DNA of 64,000 nucleotides. Origin: Vulcanimicrobiota bacterium. GTDB taxonomy: Bacteria > Vulcanimicrobiota > Vulcanimicrobiia > Eremiobacterales > Eremiobacteraceae. This document shows positions 55,500-63,977 of the stretch, in pieces (the stretch's first letter is position 1; each line of letters begins with the position of its first letter). The stretch covers positions 7,319 to 71,318 of the forward strand of contig CAWDVP010000008.1 in the NCBI GenBank assembly GCA_963805945.1, written 5' to 3'. The notes below the pieces were generated by a model. That model made no database searches, was not told where the DNA came from, and saw only the letters and a program-made list of their open reading frames with translations. Made by a program: the position numbers and the translations under genes.

Positions 55500-57659
55500 C
55501 TATTTCGCCGACGCTTTTTCCAGCTTCGTGTAATTGAGCATGATGCTCTTGCGGCCCGCCGACGCGAAGTCGACCGTGACGAACGCGTCGCCGCCGGCGC
55601 CGCGCACCTCGAGCACGACGCCCGGGCCGAATTTCGGGTGCGTGACGGTGTCGCCGGCGACCAGTTCGACCTCGCGCTCGATCGGCGCGGGCGCGGCGAT
55701 CTCATCCCACGTGCCGCCCACCCCGATCGGCGAGATCGGCGCGACGTTGAGGAACTCGAGGCCGGTCATCTCGTTGAGGAAGCGCGACGGCGGGTGCAGA
55801 TACGAGCTGCCGAAGGTGGTGCGACGCTTGGCGTAGGTGAGGTACAGCTCGTCGATGGCGCGCGTCACGCCCACGTAGCACAGGCGCCTTTCTTCTTCTA
55901 TCTCGCTCGGATCCACCAGCGCGCGGTTGTGCGGGAACACACCTTCCTCGAGTCCGCACAGGAACACCACCGGGAATTCCAGGCCTTTGGCCATGTGCAG
56001 CGTCATGAGGGTGACGGCCGAGCCGCCCTTGTCCATCGCGTCGAGATCCGATACGAGCGAGATGTTCGCCAAGAAGCCGGCGACGTCGGGACCCTCGCGC
56101 TCCTCGTACTCGCGCGCGACGCCGATGAGCTCTTCGAGGTTCTCGAGGCGCGAGCGCGCTTCCACCGTGTCCTCCTCGCGCAACGCTTGAACGTAGCCGG
56201 TGTCTTCGAGCACGGAGACGAGCGCGCCGGCCGGACCTTGCTCGGCGATGATCGCGAATGCTTCGACATCTTTGAAGAACGCCGCGAGATCTTTCGCCTT
56301 CTTGGGCGCGACCGCCGCGATGACGTCCGCATCGAGCATCGCGCGCGCGAACGACAGCCCGCGCCGGGCGCCTTCGTCGCCGATGGCATTGAGCGTCGCT
56401 TGGCCGATGCCGCGGCGCGGCGCGTTGATGATGCGTCGCAGGCTGATGCCGTCGTCGCGATTGGTGATGTAGCGCAGATAGGCGAGAGCGTCCTTGATCT
56501 CGGCGCGCGCGTAGAAGCCGACGCCGCCGACGACGCGGTACGGCATGCCGGCGACGAGCAGCGCTTCTTCGAACGCGCGCGACTGCGCGTTGGTGCGGTA
56601 GAGCACGACGAAGTCGCTTAAGGCCCGCCCTTCGTCGTCGACCGCGGCGTGGATCGTCTCGACGACGAAGCGCGCCTCGTCGCGTTCGGTGGAGGCCGCG
56701 TAGACCCGCGACCGGCTTGCCGCCCTCGCGGCTCGTCCAGAGCTTCTTGTGGCTGGCGCTGCGTGTTGTGCGACACGAGCGCGTTGGCGGCGCCGAGCAC
56801 CGTGCCGGTGGAGCGGTAGTTGCGCTCGAGCCGGAAGGTCTGCGCGTTGCGGAAATCGCGCTCGAAGCGCAGGATGATGCGATGGTCGGCGCCGCGGAAG
56901 GCGTAGATCGATTGGTCGTCGTCGCCGACGACGCTGATGTTGCCGCTGCGCCTCGCGAGAGCGCGCGCACCATGCGGTACTGCGCCTCGTTGACGTCCTG
57001 GTATTCGTCGACGAGGAGATAGCGGAAGCGTTCGCGCCAGGCTTTGCCGCGCTCATCGTTGCGCTCGAGCAGGGCGATGGTGCGCATGATCAGGTCGTCG
57101 AAGTCGAGCGCGTTGGCCTGGTTGAGGCGGCGCTGGTATTCGGCGTAGAGCGACGCGACGACGGGCGAGAGCTGGCCGTCGGCGGAATCTGCGAAGGCGG
57201 CGGGTTCGAGCAGCCGTTCTTTGGCGCGCCCGATGTGCCGCAGCACGGCGCCGGGCTGGTAGTGCCGCTCGTCGATGTTGAGGTCGCGCAGCACCTCTTG
57301 ACGAGCGTGCGCTGGTCGGCGTCGTCGTAGATGACGAAGTTCGGCGCGACGCCGACCACGTCGCCGTCGCGGCGCAAGATGCGCACGCCGATCGAGTGGA
57401 ACGTGCCGACCCATAGACCCCGCGCGGGCTCGCCGACGAGACCGTGCAGCCTCGTACGCAGCTCGCCAGCCGCCTTGTTGGTGAAGGTGACCGCCAGGAT
57501 GCGGTGTGCAGGCGCCAAGTCGGTGGCGAGCAGATGCGCGATGCGATGCGTCAGCACGCGCGTCTTGCCGCTGCCCGCCCCCGCGAAGATGAGGACCGCG
57601 CCTTCGGTCTGCGACGCTGCGGCGCGCTGCTCTTCGTTGAGAGCGTCGAGTGGATTCAT
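55500..57659 (-). CDS. pcrA: ATP-dependent DNA helicase, UvrD/PcrA family; four frame breaks (~57300, ~56955, ~56760, ~56715)
   Basis: [72 protein letters not shown] and YVGVTRA, spread over ORFs 57090-57839, 55702-57414, 56618-56800 and 55500-57056. Confidence 0.9.
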
Positions 57660-57663
57660 CGTC

Positions 57664-58710
57664 TTAGCGGGCGGCGCTGACACGCTCGCCGCGTCCGAGC
57701 ACCGCGCCTGCGGCGACGTGCGCACCAGCATCGACCGCGACGTCAAGCCCGAGGATCGCGTCGCGCACGACAGCGCGGTCACCGACACGGCAGCCCGGCC
57801 ACAGGATCGCGTCGCCGACTCTCGCGCCATCACCCACATGGCAGCTGTCGTAGAGCACCGTATATGGCTCGATTGTCACGCCGGCGCCGATGTGCGCGCC
57901 GGCGCCGATGAACGCCGGAGCGTGCACCGCGACGTCCTTGCCCAGCGGCGCGCCGTCCGCGGACCAGACCCGCGGCGCGATCTCGACGCCGACCGGATGC
58001 TCGAAGCGACCGTCGAGGATGTCGTGATGCGCTTGTCGATACGTGTCCGGCCGGCCGACGTCGATCCAGTAGTCGTCGGTCGAGCGGGCGTAGACGCGGT
58101 GCGTCGTCTCGATGAGCAGCGGATACGTCTCGCGCTCGATGGAGACCGATCGGCCCGCGGGGATCGCCTCGATCGCCTCGGGCTCGAGCACGTAGGTGCC
58201 CGCGTTGATGTCGTGCGCTGAGGTCTGGCCGGGCGCAGGCTTCTCGACGAAGCGGCGCACGCGTTCGTCCACGTCGGTCTCGACGACGCCGAACTGACTC
58301 GGGTCCTCGACCGGACGCGTGTGGATGGTCGCGATCGCGTTGTGCTGCCGGTGCGCGGCGAGCAGCGCGCGCAGGTCGACGCCGGTGAGGATATCGCCGT
58401 TGCAGACGAAGATCGTGCCGTCGATATGCTTGACGGCGTTCTTGATCGCGCCTGCAGTGCCGAGCGGGTCGACCTCGTGCACGTAGTGCAGGCGCACGCC
58501 GTGCGCGCGGCCGTCGCCGAAGTGCGACTCGATCGCCTCAGGCAGGTAGCAGCACGAGAGGATGACCTCGCCGACGCCTGCTGCGCGCAGCCGCTCGATG
58601 ATCCAGCCGATGAACGGGCGGCCGAGCAGCGGCGCCATGGGCTTGGGCAATGCGTAGGTGAGAGGACGCAGGCGCGTGCCCTCGCCGCCGACGAGGATTA
58701 CCGCTTGCAC
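57664..58710 (-). CDS. mannose-1-phosphate guanylyltransferase-like nucleotidyltransferase with C-terminal beta-helix
   Basis: VILVGGEGTRLRPLTYALPKPMAPL, GTAGAIK and hexapeptide repeats. A paralogue of 49755-50741. Confidence 0.85.
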   Translation of the reverse strand: MQAVILVGGEGTRLRPLTYALPKPMAPLLGRPFIGWIIERLRAAGVGEVILSCCYLPEAIESHFGDGRAHGVRLHYVHEVDPLGTAGAIKNAVKHIDGTIFVCNGDILTGVDLRALLAAHRQHNAIATIHTRPVEDPSQFGVVETDVDERVRRFVEKPAPGQTSAHDINAGTYVLEPEAIEAIPAGRSVSIERETYPLLIETTHRVYARSTDDYWIDVGRPDTYRQAHHDILDGRFEHPVGVEIAPRVWSADGAPLGKDVAVHAPAFIGAGAHIGAGVTIEPYTVLYDSCHVGDGARVGDAILWPGCRVGDRAVVRDAILGLDVAVDAGAHVAAGAVLGRGERVSAAR

Positions 58711-58794
58711 GAGGACCTGATGTCAGGGAGCGTCACCTCGTCAGATTCACATCTGGAGGCGGCTTGCCCTTGAGCGCTTGTTCTTAGCGGTTGT

Positions 58795-58971
58795 CTACGC
58801 GCAGCCGATGTGGCCGCACTGGCACACGCCTTCGCCGCGTCCGAGCCCCTCGCCGCTGCAATACTCCGAGCAAAAGTCCGACGAGGCGCCATCGGGGATG
58901 ATGCAGCCGCACACTTCGTTGGCGCACGTGCGCTCAGAGGCGAATGGATCTTCTGCGAGTTGTCCTGCCAT
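58795..58971 (-). CDS. small Cys-rich protein, SmtA/BmtA-like bacterial metallothionein (58 aa; absent from ORF track)
   Basis: Own translation: MAGQLAEDPFASERTCANEVCGCIIPDGASSDFCSEYCSGEGLGRGEGVCQCGHIGCA. It has 8 Cys and 1 His. The C-x-C, (Y/F)CSExC and CxCGHxGC spacing resembles Synechococcus SmtA as I recall it. Confidence 0.55.
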   Translation of the reverse strand: MAGQLAEDPFASERTCANEVCGCIIPDGASSDFCSEYCSGEGLGRGEGVCQCGHIGCA

Positions 58972-59012
58972 GATGATTGAGTGCTACGCCGGGCGAGGTC
59001 GGGTCTCCGCCC

Positions 59013-59396
59013 TCATGGCTGCTTGCGGGCGCCGCTCAGCGCGACGGCGCACCAGACGGCGAGCAACGCATGGAGCGCGGCGGCCGGCCAGAGGAATACG
59101 CTGGTGAATCCGCCGCCGACACGGGCGTACACGAGTATGACGGCCGCCACGACGTCATAGAGCAGCATCGCGACGACCACCCCGGCCGTGGCATGACTCC
59201 GTTCGTCAAGGCTTGCGAACCAACACGCGACGCCGAGCGAGAGCAACCCTGCACCGGCGATCCGCGCGACGATCAATCCCGCCGCGTTGTCGAGCGGCAC
59301 GCCGAGCAGGACTGAAGAGACCAGCGACGGCGCGGCGAGCAGCGCAAGGCCCACAGCGATTTCGACGACGGCGGAGACGACGAGCAGGTTCTTCAT
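59013..59396 (-). CDS. small four-TM membrane protein, function unknown
   Basis: 127-aa ORF that is almost entirely hydrophobic helices (VVSAVVEIAVGLALLAAP.., AGAGLLSLGVACWF.., VVVAMLLYDVVAAVILVY.., WPAAALHALLAVWCAVAL). Confidence 0.6.
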   Translation of the reverse strand: MKNLLVVSAVVEIAVGLALLAAPSLVSSVLLGVPLDNAAGLIVARIAGAGLLSLGVACWFASLDERSHATAGVVVAMLLYDVVAAVILVYARVGGGFTSVFLWPAAALHALLAVWCAVALSGARKQP

Positions 59397-59444
59397 TCGG
59401 AGGTGGTAGCCCTAAGGATGCGGGAATCCCTGTCTCTACCTGAC

Positions 59445-59813
59445 ATGAGCAAAGCGAAAGACGTCGACGAATACCTCGCCAGGGTGCAGCAGCCCGCTCG
59501 CCGCAACTTGAAGCACATCCGCGCGACGATTCGTTCCGTGGTACCACGCGAGGCGACCGAGGCGATCAGCTATGGCATCCCCGCGTTCAAGTACAAGGGA
59601 TCGTTGGTGGCATACGCCGCCTTCGCGGACCACTGCAGCTTCTTCCCCATGAGCGCGACACTTATCAGGACGAAGTTCAAGAAAGAGCTGAAGGGCTTCG
59701 ACACGGCCACGGGCACGATCCGCTTTCCTCTGGATAAGCCGCTGCCCGCCGTTCTTGTGAAAAAGATCGTGCGGGCGCGGATCGCTGAGAAGAAACGCCA
59801 AAGCCGGCGCTAA
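59445..59813 (+). CDS. DUF1801 (YdhG-like) domain protein
   Basis: MSKAKDVDEYLARVQQPARRNLKHIRATI..ISYGIPAFKYKGSLVAYAAF..IRFPLDKPLP. ATG 59445 lies within ORF 59403-59813. Confidence 0.7.
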   Translation: MSKAKDVDEYLARVQQPARRNLKHIRATIRSVVPREATEAISYGIPAFKYKGSLVAYAAFADHCSFFPMSATLIRTKFKKELKGFDTATGTIRFPLDKPLPAVLVKKIVRARIAEKKRQSRR

Positions 59814-59837
59814 TGGCGCTTAGCTAGCGCCGGCTTT
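59800..59837. terminator. 13-bp perfect hairpin between convergent genes (bidirectional terminator candidate)
   Basis: AAAGCCGGCGCTA, a 12-nt loop, then TAGCGCCGGCTTT. It overlaps the DUF1801 stop codon and ends 10 nt before the FecR-like gene stop. Confidence 0.6.
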
Positions 59838-59846
59838 CCTCGAGTC

Positions 59847-61877
59847 TCAGTGAGCGCTGCCGGATGTCGTGTCGGCTTTGACCACTGGCACAGGCGTATG
59901 CGCGGGCTTCACCGTCTTCGCAGTCGAGTGACCCTGTTTCGCGACCGGAGCCGGCGTGTGCATCGGCTTCACGACCACCAACGTTTTAGGATGCGTCGGC
60001 GCCTTTGCGACCGGCGCCGCTGTCCGCACCGGCTTCACGACCATCAACGCTGTCGGATGCGTCTTCGCCTTGGCGATCGGCGCCGCCGTCCGCACCGGCT
60101 TCACGACCAGCGCCTTAGGATGCATCTCTGTCTTCGCGATCGGCGCCGCGGTGCGTATGGGCTTGGCCACCAGCGTCTTTGGATTCGTCGCCGGCTTCAC
60201 GAGGAGCGCTCCCGAATGCGTGTCCAGCTTCGCGACCGGGACCGGATGCGGCACCGGCTTCATAACCGTCAGGTGGACCGGCGCGTGCATGATCGGGTGA
60301 TAGACGGAATGCGCGACCGTCACCGAACGCGGCGGCAATGCCACGACCTTCGGGCGTACACTCGTGATCGACGTGATGCGCGCCTGTTGCGACTTGAATG
60401 ACATGCTCGTCTCGTGCGGTGCCTTAGCCGCGAAGCGCGTGCTAGCGAAGGTGCGCGACAGGACGACCGGATGCTCGACGGCGATCGACGTGTAGTGCAG
60501 ATTCGCCGTCGTCGGGACGACCGGAACCGCACCGCGGATCAGCACGATCTGCTTCAGCTGCTGCGGCCGTAGGACGACCATGCGCTTGAAGTTGCCGGCG
60601 CGCCACGCGCTGACCGGCACCATCGTGAAGCCGCCGTAGTAGCGGGCGTTGCTGTAGTAGTTGTAGACGTTGGTGACGGTCGGGACATTCGTCACCGTGG
60701 TCGCCGGATACGAATAGTTCTGACCGTACCACGGCTGATATTGCTCGCCCGGCGCCAACGGGATCCAGCCGATGTCGGCAGTGCTGGAATTGCCGAGAAT
60801 GCTTGAGAGACCGCCAAGGTTGGTGTTGCCGGAATTTCCGAGAACGCCTGAGAGACTGCTCAAGATGTTATCAAGTCCGCCTGTGCTGCCGTTGTTGCCG
60901 GACAAGAAGAAGGAAACGACCGCGGGCAGCCACGTTGACGCGAGGCTTGTCGATGAGGTCTGCGATTGAGCGGCCGGAGGCTGCCAGAGCCACCCGCCGT
61001 TGCTCGGACTGTTGAACCACGTGCCATAATGAGAGGTCGCGTAGCCGGTGGGTGAATTGTCAACCCACGTGTAGCCGGATCCCGGCTCCCATACCCATTG
61101 ACCGTTCTGATAGGGTGCGAAGTTCGTTTGGCTCTGGTTGTTCGGAGCCCACGCGTACCCGTAGCCCGGCACGTTTTGCCATTGGCCGTAGTTGGCGAGG
61201 TTGGAGTACCCCGCGAGCTGCGGCGACAGGTACGGATTTGCATTGTAGGCTGAAACCGCCGCTTGGTCGCGCGACGTGTTGAATTGGTCGAAAGAATCGA
61301 ATCCGATGACGCTTTGCAGGTTCATCGAGGAACCGTTGGCGACGAGCGTGCTGCCCGGCGTGAGCGTCTGCGATCCGTTGGCCGTCGCGATCGTCGCGGC
61401 TCCGCTGCGCACCGTCACAAGGGTCTCGCCGTTGCCCAGCACCGTCACCCGATAATCGCCGGTCTGATTGGGGCGGACGGTGAACGACGGAGTATCGATC
61501 TGCGGGCTGCCGTCAGCGCCTTGGAGTTCCGCTAAGTCGACCGTGCCTGCGGCCAGCTGCACCTCGACCGAGTTGGGGCTGAGATTGACGAAACGGACTT
61601 GCGTGCCGCTCGAGAGCCGCAACATCGAGATGCCGTCGAACTGCACTTCGGCGCTCGATCCCGATCCGGTCGCGATATAGTCGCCCGGCACCAGCGGCGC
61701 ATTGACGGAAGCCGCCACTTGGGCCCCGCTATCGCCTCGCACGATGACGACTCCGCCATTGACGACGCTGACATTGGCAACGCCGCTTTGGGCGGCTGCC
61801 GGAACGGCTAACGCGATCACGGCCGTCAAGGCCATAGTCGTAACAAGCGTTCGGAGAACGTTGTGTTGTGTTTTCAT
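59847..61877 (-). CDS. secreted FecR-domain protein with W/Y/G-rich central region and repetitive Lys/Pro/Val-rich tail
   Basis: Signal peptide MKTQHNVLRTLVTTMALTAVIALAVPAAAQ. FecR-like VSVVNGGVVIVRGDSG..PLVPGDYIATG..AEVQFDG. Central YGQWQNVPGYGYAWAP..GQWVWEPGSGYTWV..HYGTWF. Tail repeats. Confidence 0.75.
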   Translation of the reverse strand: MKTQHNVLRTLVTTMALTAVIALAVPAAAQSGVANVSVVNGGVVIVRGDSGAQVAASVNAPLVPGDYIATGSGSSAEVQFDGISMLRLSSGTQVRFVNLSPNSVEVQLAAGTVDLAELQGADGSPQIDTPSFTVRPNQTGDYRVTVLGNGETLVTVRSGAATIATANGSQTLTPGSTLVANGSSMNLQSVIGFDSFDQFNTSRDQAAVSAYNANPYLSPQLAGYSNLANYGQWQNVPGYGYAWAPNNQSQTNFAPYQNGQWVWEPGSGYTWVDNSPTGYATSHYGTWFNSPSNGGWLWQPPAAQSQTSSTSLASTWLPAVVSFFLSGNNGSTGGLDNILSSLSGVLGNSGNTNLGGLSSILGNSSTADIGWIPLAPGEQYQPWYGQNYSYPATTVTNVPTVTNVYNYYSNARYYGGFTMVPVSAWRAGNFKRMVVLRPQQLKQIVLIRGAVPVVPTTANLHYTSIAVEHPVVLSRTFASTRFAAKAPHETSMSFKSQQARITSITSVRPKVVALPPRSVTVAHSVYHPIMHAPVHLTVMKPVPHPVPVAKLDTHSGALLVKPATNPKTLVAKPIRTAAPIAKTEMHPKALVVKPVRTAAPIAKAKTHPTALMVVKPVRTAAPVAKAPTHPKTLVVVKPMHTPAPVAKQGHSTAKTVKPAHTPVPVVKADTTSGSAH
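59850..60240 (-). repeat. coding tandem repeats, ~60-66-nt period, about 5-6 units
   Basis: Peptide units are KPIRTAAPIAKTEMHPKALVV, KPVRTAAPIAKAKTHPTALMVV, KPVRTAAPVAKAPTHPKTLVVV, KPMHTPAPVAKQGHSTAKTV and KPAHTPVPVVKADTTSGSAH. The matching DNA periodicity is visible in GGCTTCACGACCA..GCGATCGGCGCCGC. Confidence 0.75.
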
Positions 61878-62001
61878 AATGTGTTCTTGTACCCACATCT
61901 TCTGCGCGCGAAGCAGCGAGATACGGAAAACGCCTTCGTTTAAGCCACGTCAGACTTGGGTATATACAGAGTACTCCAACGGAGTAAGGAGGACGCTAGT
62001 T

Positions 62002-62070
62002 ATGTTAACCGCGATTCTGGTGCTCGTCGCTCTGATCTTCCTGATGGTCTCGGGCCATTTGAAACTATAG
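62002..62070 (+). CDS. 22-aa hydrophobic micro-protein with strong SD (below ORF-track cutoff as a separate gene)
   Basis: AAGGAGG (61986-61992), a 9-nt spacer, then ATG 62002. Peptide MLTAILVLVALIFLMVSGHLKL, TAG at 62068-62070, followed by a strong hairpin. Confidence 0.5.
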   Translation: MLTAILVLVALIFLMVSGHLKL

Positions 62071-62109
62071 GGCGCACCGAGACGTCGGATCAGAACTGAC
62101 GACTCCGAA

Positions 62110-62145
62110 GAATACGGGCGGCGGTGAAAACCGCGGCCCGTATTC
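62110..62145. terminator. long hairpin (14 of 15 bp) between the micro-ORF and the convergent glycosylase gene
   Basis: GAATACGGGCGGCGG-TGAAAA-CCGCGGCCCGTATTC followed by TATTC on the plus strand. Confidence 0.6.
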
Positions 62146-62732
62146 TATTCAAACGGGCGCGCGCCTACCATCTCCCGGATGCGCGGGTGCTCGCCCTCGA
62201 CGGTCTTGATCCAGCTCTTGAAGGCCGGCACCTTCTCGTTGACGCGATACAGGAAATAGTAGGCGCTGATGTCGCCGACATATGAGAAGCGCCGTTTGAG
62301 ATCGGCGGTCAATCGTGCGTACGTCCCCTGGGATCGCAAGTACTTCCGAAACCCGCCGAATTCTTCATCGAGCGCGAGCAGCGTCGCAGCGTTCGCGATC
62401 GTCGCCGCGATCTTGCGCTCGCTGTGCAGAATTCCCGGCGTGGCCATGATGCGCTTGATGTCCTTGCCGCGATAGCGCGCCACTTTTCTCGGCTCGAACC
62501 CGTCGAACGCTATGCGCGATGGATCCCACTGGCGGTCGATGGCGGCCCAACTCAAACCGGCCTGGAAGACCGCGCGGCTCATGACCGCGAGGTAATCGGC
62601 AAGGGTGGGTTTGACGATCCGCTCGTGCCCTATCTTCAGTACGCCGACCCTACAAAGCGGAAGGACGCGAAGAAACGGTCGGTTTGATCGTACAGCGCCC
62701 CACCGGTCGTCGCGATCGAAAGCACCTGCCAT
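62145..62732 (-). CDS. DNA-3-methyladenine glycosylase I-like protein (N-terminal Zn-site region not recognisable; start uncertain)
   Basis: LADYLAVMSRAVFQAGLSWAAI, FDGFEPRKVA, ERKIAATIANA and FSYVGDISAYYFL match the Tag family. ATG 62732 would overlap the upstream gene by 97 nt. The next canonical start (ATG 62582) would cut into the conserved helix. Confidence 0.65.
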   Translation of the reverse strand: MAGAFDRDDRWGAVRSNRPFLRVLPLCRVGVLKIGHERIVKPTLADYLAVMSRAVFQAGLSWAAIDRQWDPSRIAFDGFEPRKVARYRGKDIKRIMATPGILHSERKIAATIANAATLLALDEEFGGFRKYLRSQGTYARLTADLKRRFSYVGDISAYYFLYRVNEKVPAFKSWIKTVEGEHPRIREMVGARPFE

Positions 62733-63178
62733 AGACGGCGGCCTCGGAAAAAGATGCGCGACCTGCTGTGGAAGTCATCGCCAGCGATCACACAATCCAT
62801 CCCAGCGACGCCTTGCAGCGTGATCGGGGTGCTCGAGACGACGTGGCCGCCTTTCCATGAGCCCGCTTCACCGCTCGCCACGTTGGCGAGCGTCTCTTGC
62901 ACGTTTGAGGAGGCCGACGGATAATCCGAGACCGAGACGAAGAGGGCGACCGTTTTCATATCCCATTGCCATATCCGCGCTTCGACCGGTCCCACTTTGG
63001 TTTGGATCATCTTTGAGCTCTTGTCGGGTGCAGAGGCGGCGGAGATGGCAAACCCATCCGGGGTGCTCGCATACTCGTCCCATGATTGATCGGCGGACGC
63101 CCTTGTGGGCGCGGACGCGACGAACGCAAAGGCGAGGACTGCGAAGAGCGCGGCGGTGTAGAAGCGTATTGTTATCAT
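62636..63178 (-). CDS. secreted hypothetical protein
   Basis: 180-aa ORF with signal peptide MITIRFYTAALFAVLAFAFVASAPTRASA. No recognisable family. Confidence 0.6.
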   Translation of the reverse strand: MITIRFYTAALFAVLAFAFVASAPTRASADQSWDEYASTPDGFAISAASAPDKSSKMIQTKVGPVEARIWQWDMKTVALFVSVSDYPSASSNVQETLANVASGEAGSWKGGHVVSSTPITLQGVAGMDCVIAGDDFHSRSRIFFRGRRLWQVLSIATTGGALYDQTDRFFASFRFVGSAY

Positions 63179-63183
63179 AGCCT

Positions 63184-63696
63184 CTATGTCGGCTGCGGCG
63201 CCTCATTCATGAGCGGCAGCTCAGCGCATCTGCGGACTAAGCGCAGCAGCTCACGCTTGACGAGCCCGCTGAACGGCCCGGTGAACGCCCAATACAGCCG
63301 GAAGCGCGTGCGGCTGGCGCGGTCCGTGCACAGCACGCGTGTTTGCGTCGACAGCTGAATGCCGTCGACCTCGTCCAGTTTGAAGCTCCAGACGATCTTC
63401 GCGAACCCGGGCTCTGCAAATGACGTGAATGCGCTCGCCTCGACGGGGCGCACTTCGTAGCGCGGCCTCCATGGGCACGCGACCAAGCCGAACACGATCT
63501 CATCGTCTGGTCGCTCGCCGAGCACGACAAAGCCGCTGTGCGCCAAAGCGCCCAGCGTGAGTGGACGCGGCCTCTCATGCCCGCGGATGGCGAAGAGCGT
63601 TCCGATCACGGGCGATGCATTCATATCCGCGGCCTTGACACACGCATACACGCGCGCGGCGCTCGCCTGGATCAGGATCGAGTGCAGCGAGACCAC
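63184..63696 (-). CDS. SRPBCC/START-like fold protein (DUF2867-like)
   Basis: 170-aa ORF. IQASAARVYACV.. at the N-terminus and ..RLYWAFTGPFSGLVKRELLR at the C-terminus are typical of this superfamily. Assignment made by eye only. Confidence 0.5.
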   Translation of the reverse strand: MVSLHSILIQASAARVYACVKAADMNASPVIGTLFAIRGHERPRPLTLGALAHSGFVVLGERPDDEIVFGLVACPWRPRYEVRPVEASAFTSFAEPGFAKIVWSFKLDEVDGIQLSTQTRVLCTDRASRTRFRLYWAFTGPFSGLVKRELLRLVRRCAELPLMNEAPQPT

Positions 63697-63755
63697 GTCG
63701 TACTGGGGCAGAAACGCGTCGACTAAGTCGGGGCCCAGGCTAATGGAGCTGTTTG

Positions 63756-63977
63756 TCAGGCGGTCCCGTGCTCGTCATCTACTAGGGCTTGCACGGCCTC
63801 TATGCACTGAGGGCACGTGAGAACCGCGGCATGTTCAAGCGGGTTTTGACGAATGGGCTTCCATCCAGCGCCGCCGTCTTTGTCGTAGTCGCTGGTGCAG
63901 GGCGACCCTTGCGAGTTCTTCACGTGCGTCGGTGACGGACATTCTCGTAAAGAACACGCACACGCAATGCTAGCCAT
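63756..63977 (-). CDS. hypothetical Cys-rich 73-aa ORF at the window edge
   Basis: ORF-track entry only. Six Cys including CPQC. Noticeably lower GC than the surroundings. No family recognised. Confidence 0.3.
   Translation of the reverse strand: MASIACACSLRECPSPTHVKNSQGSPCTSDYDKDGGAGWKPIRQNPLEHAAVLTCPQCIEAVQALVDDEHGTA

Noticed and set aside
1-57659. Frame breaks as programmed ribosomal frameshifts or genuine pseudogenes
   Set aside because: There are no shared slippery heptamers or downstream structures. The breaks occur in both directions, several per gene, and in essential genes with undiminished conservation on both sides. Random consensus indels fit better, but read-level confirmation is still needed.
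49755-58710. Two nucleotidyltransferase paralogues plus a TagA-like gene as a novel polysaccharide locus
   Set aside because: The genes are separated by the dap/lysC/pcrA housekeeping block. They lack flanking flippase, polymerase or glycosyltransferase sets. This looks like ordinary scattered envelope-precursor genes.
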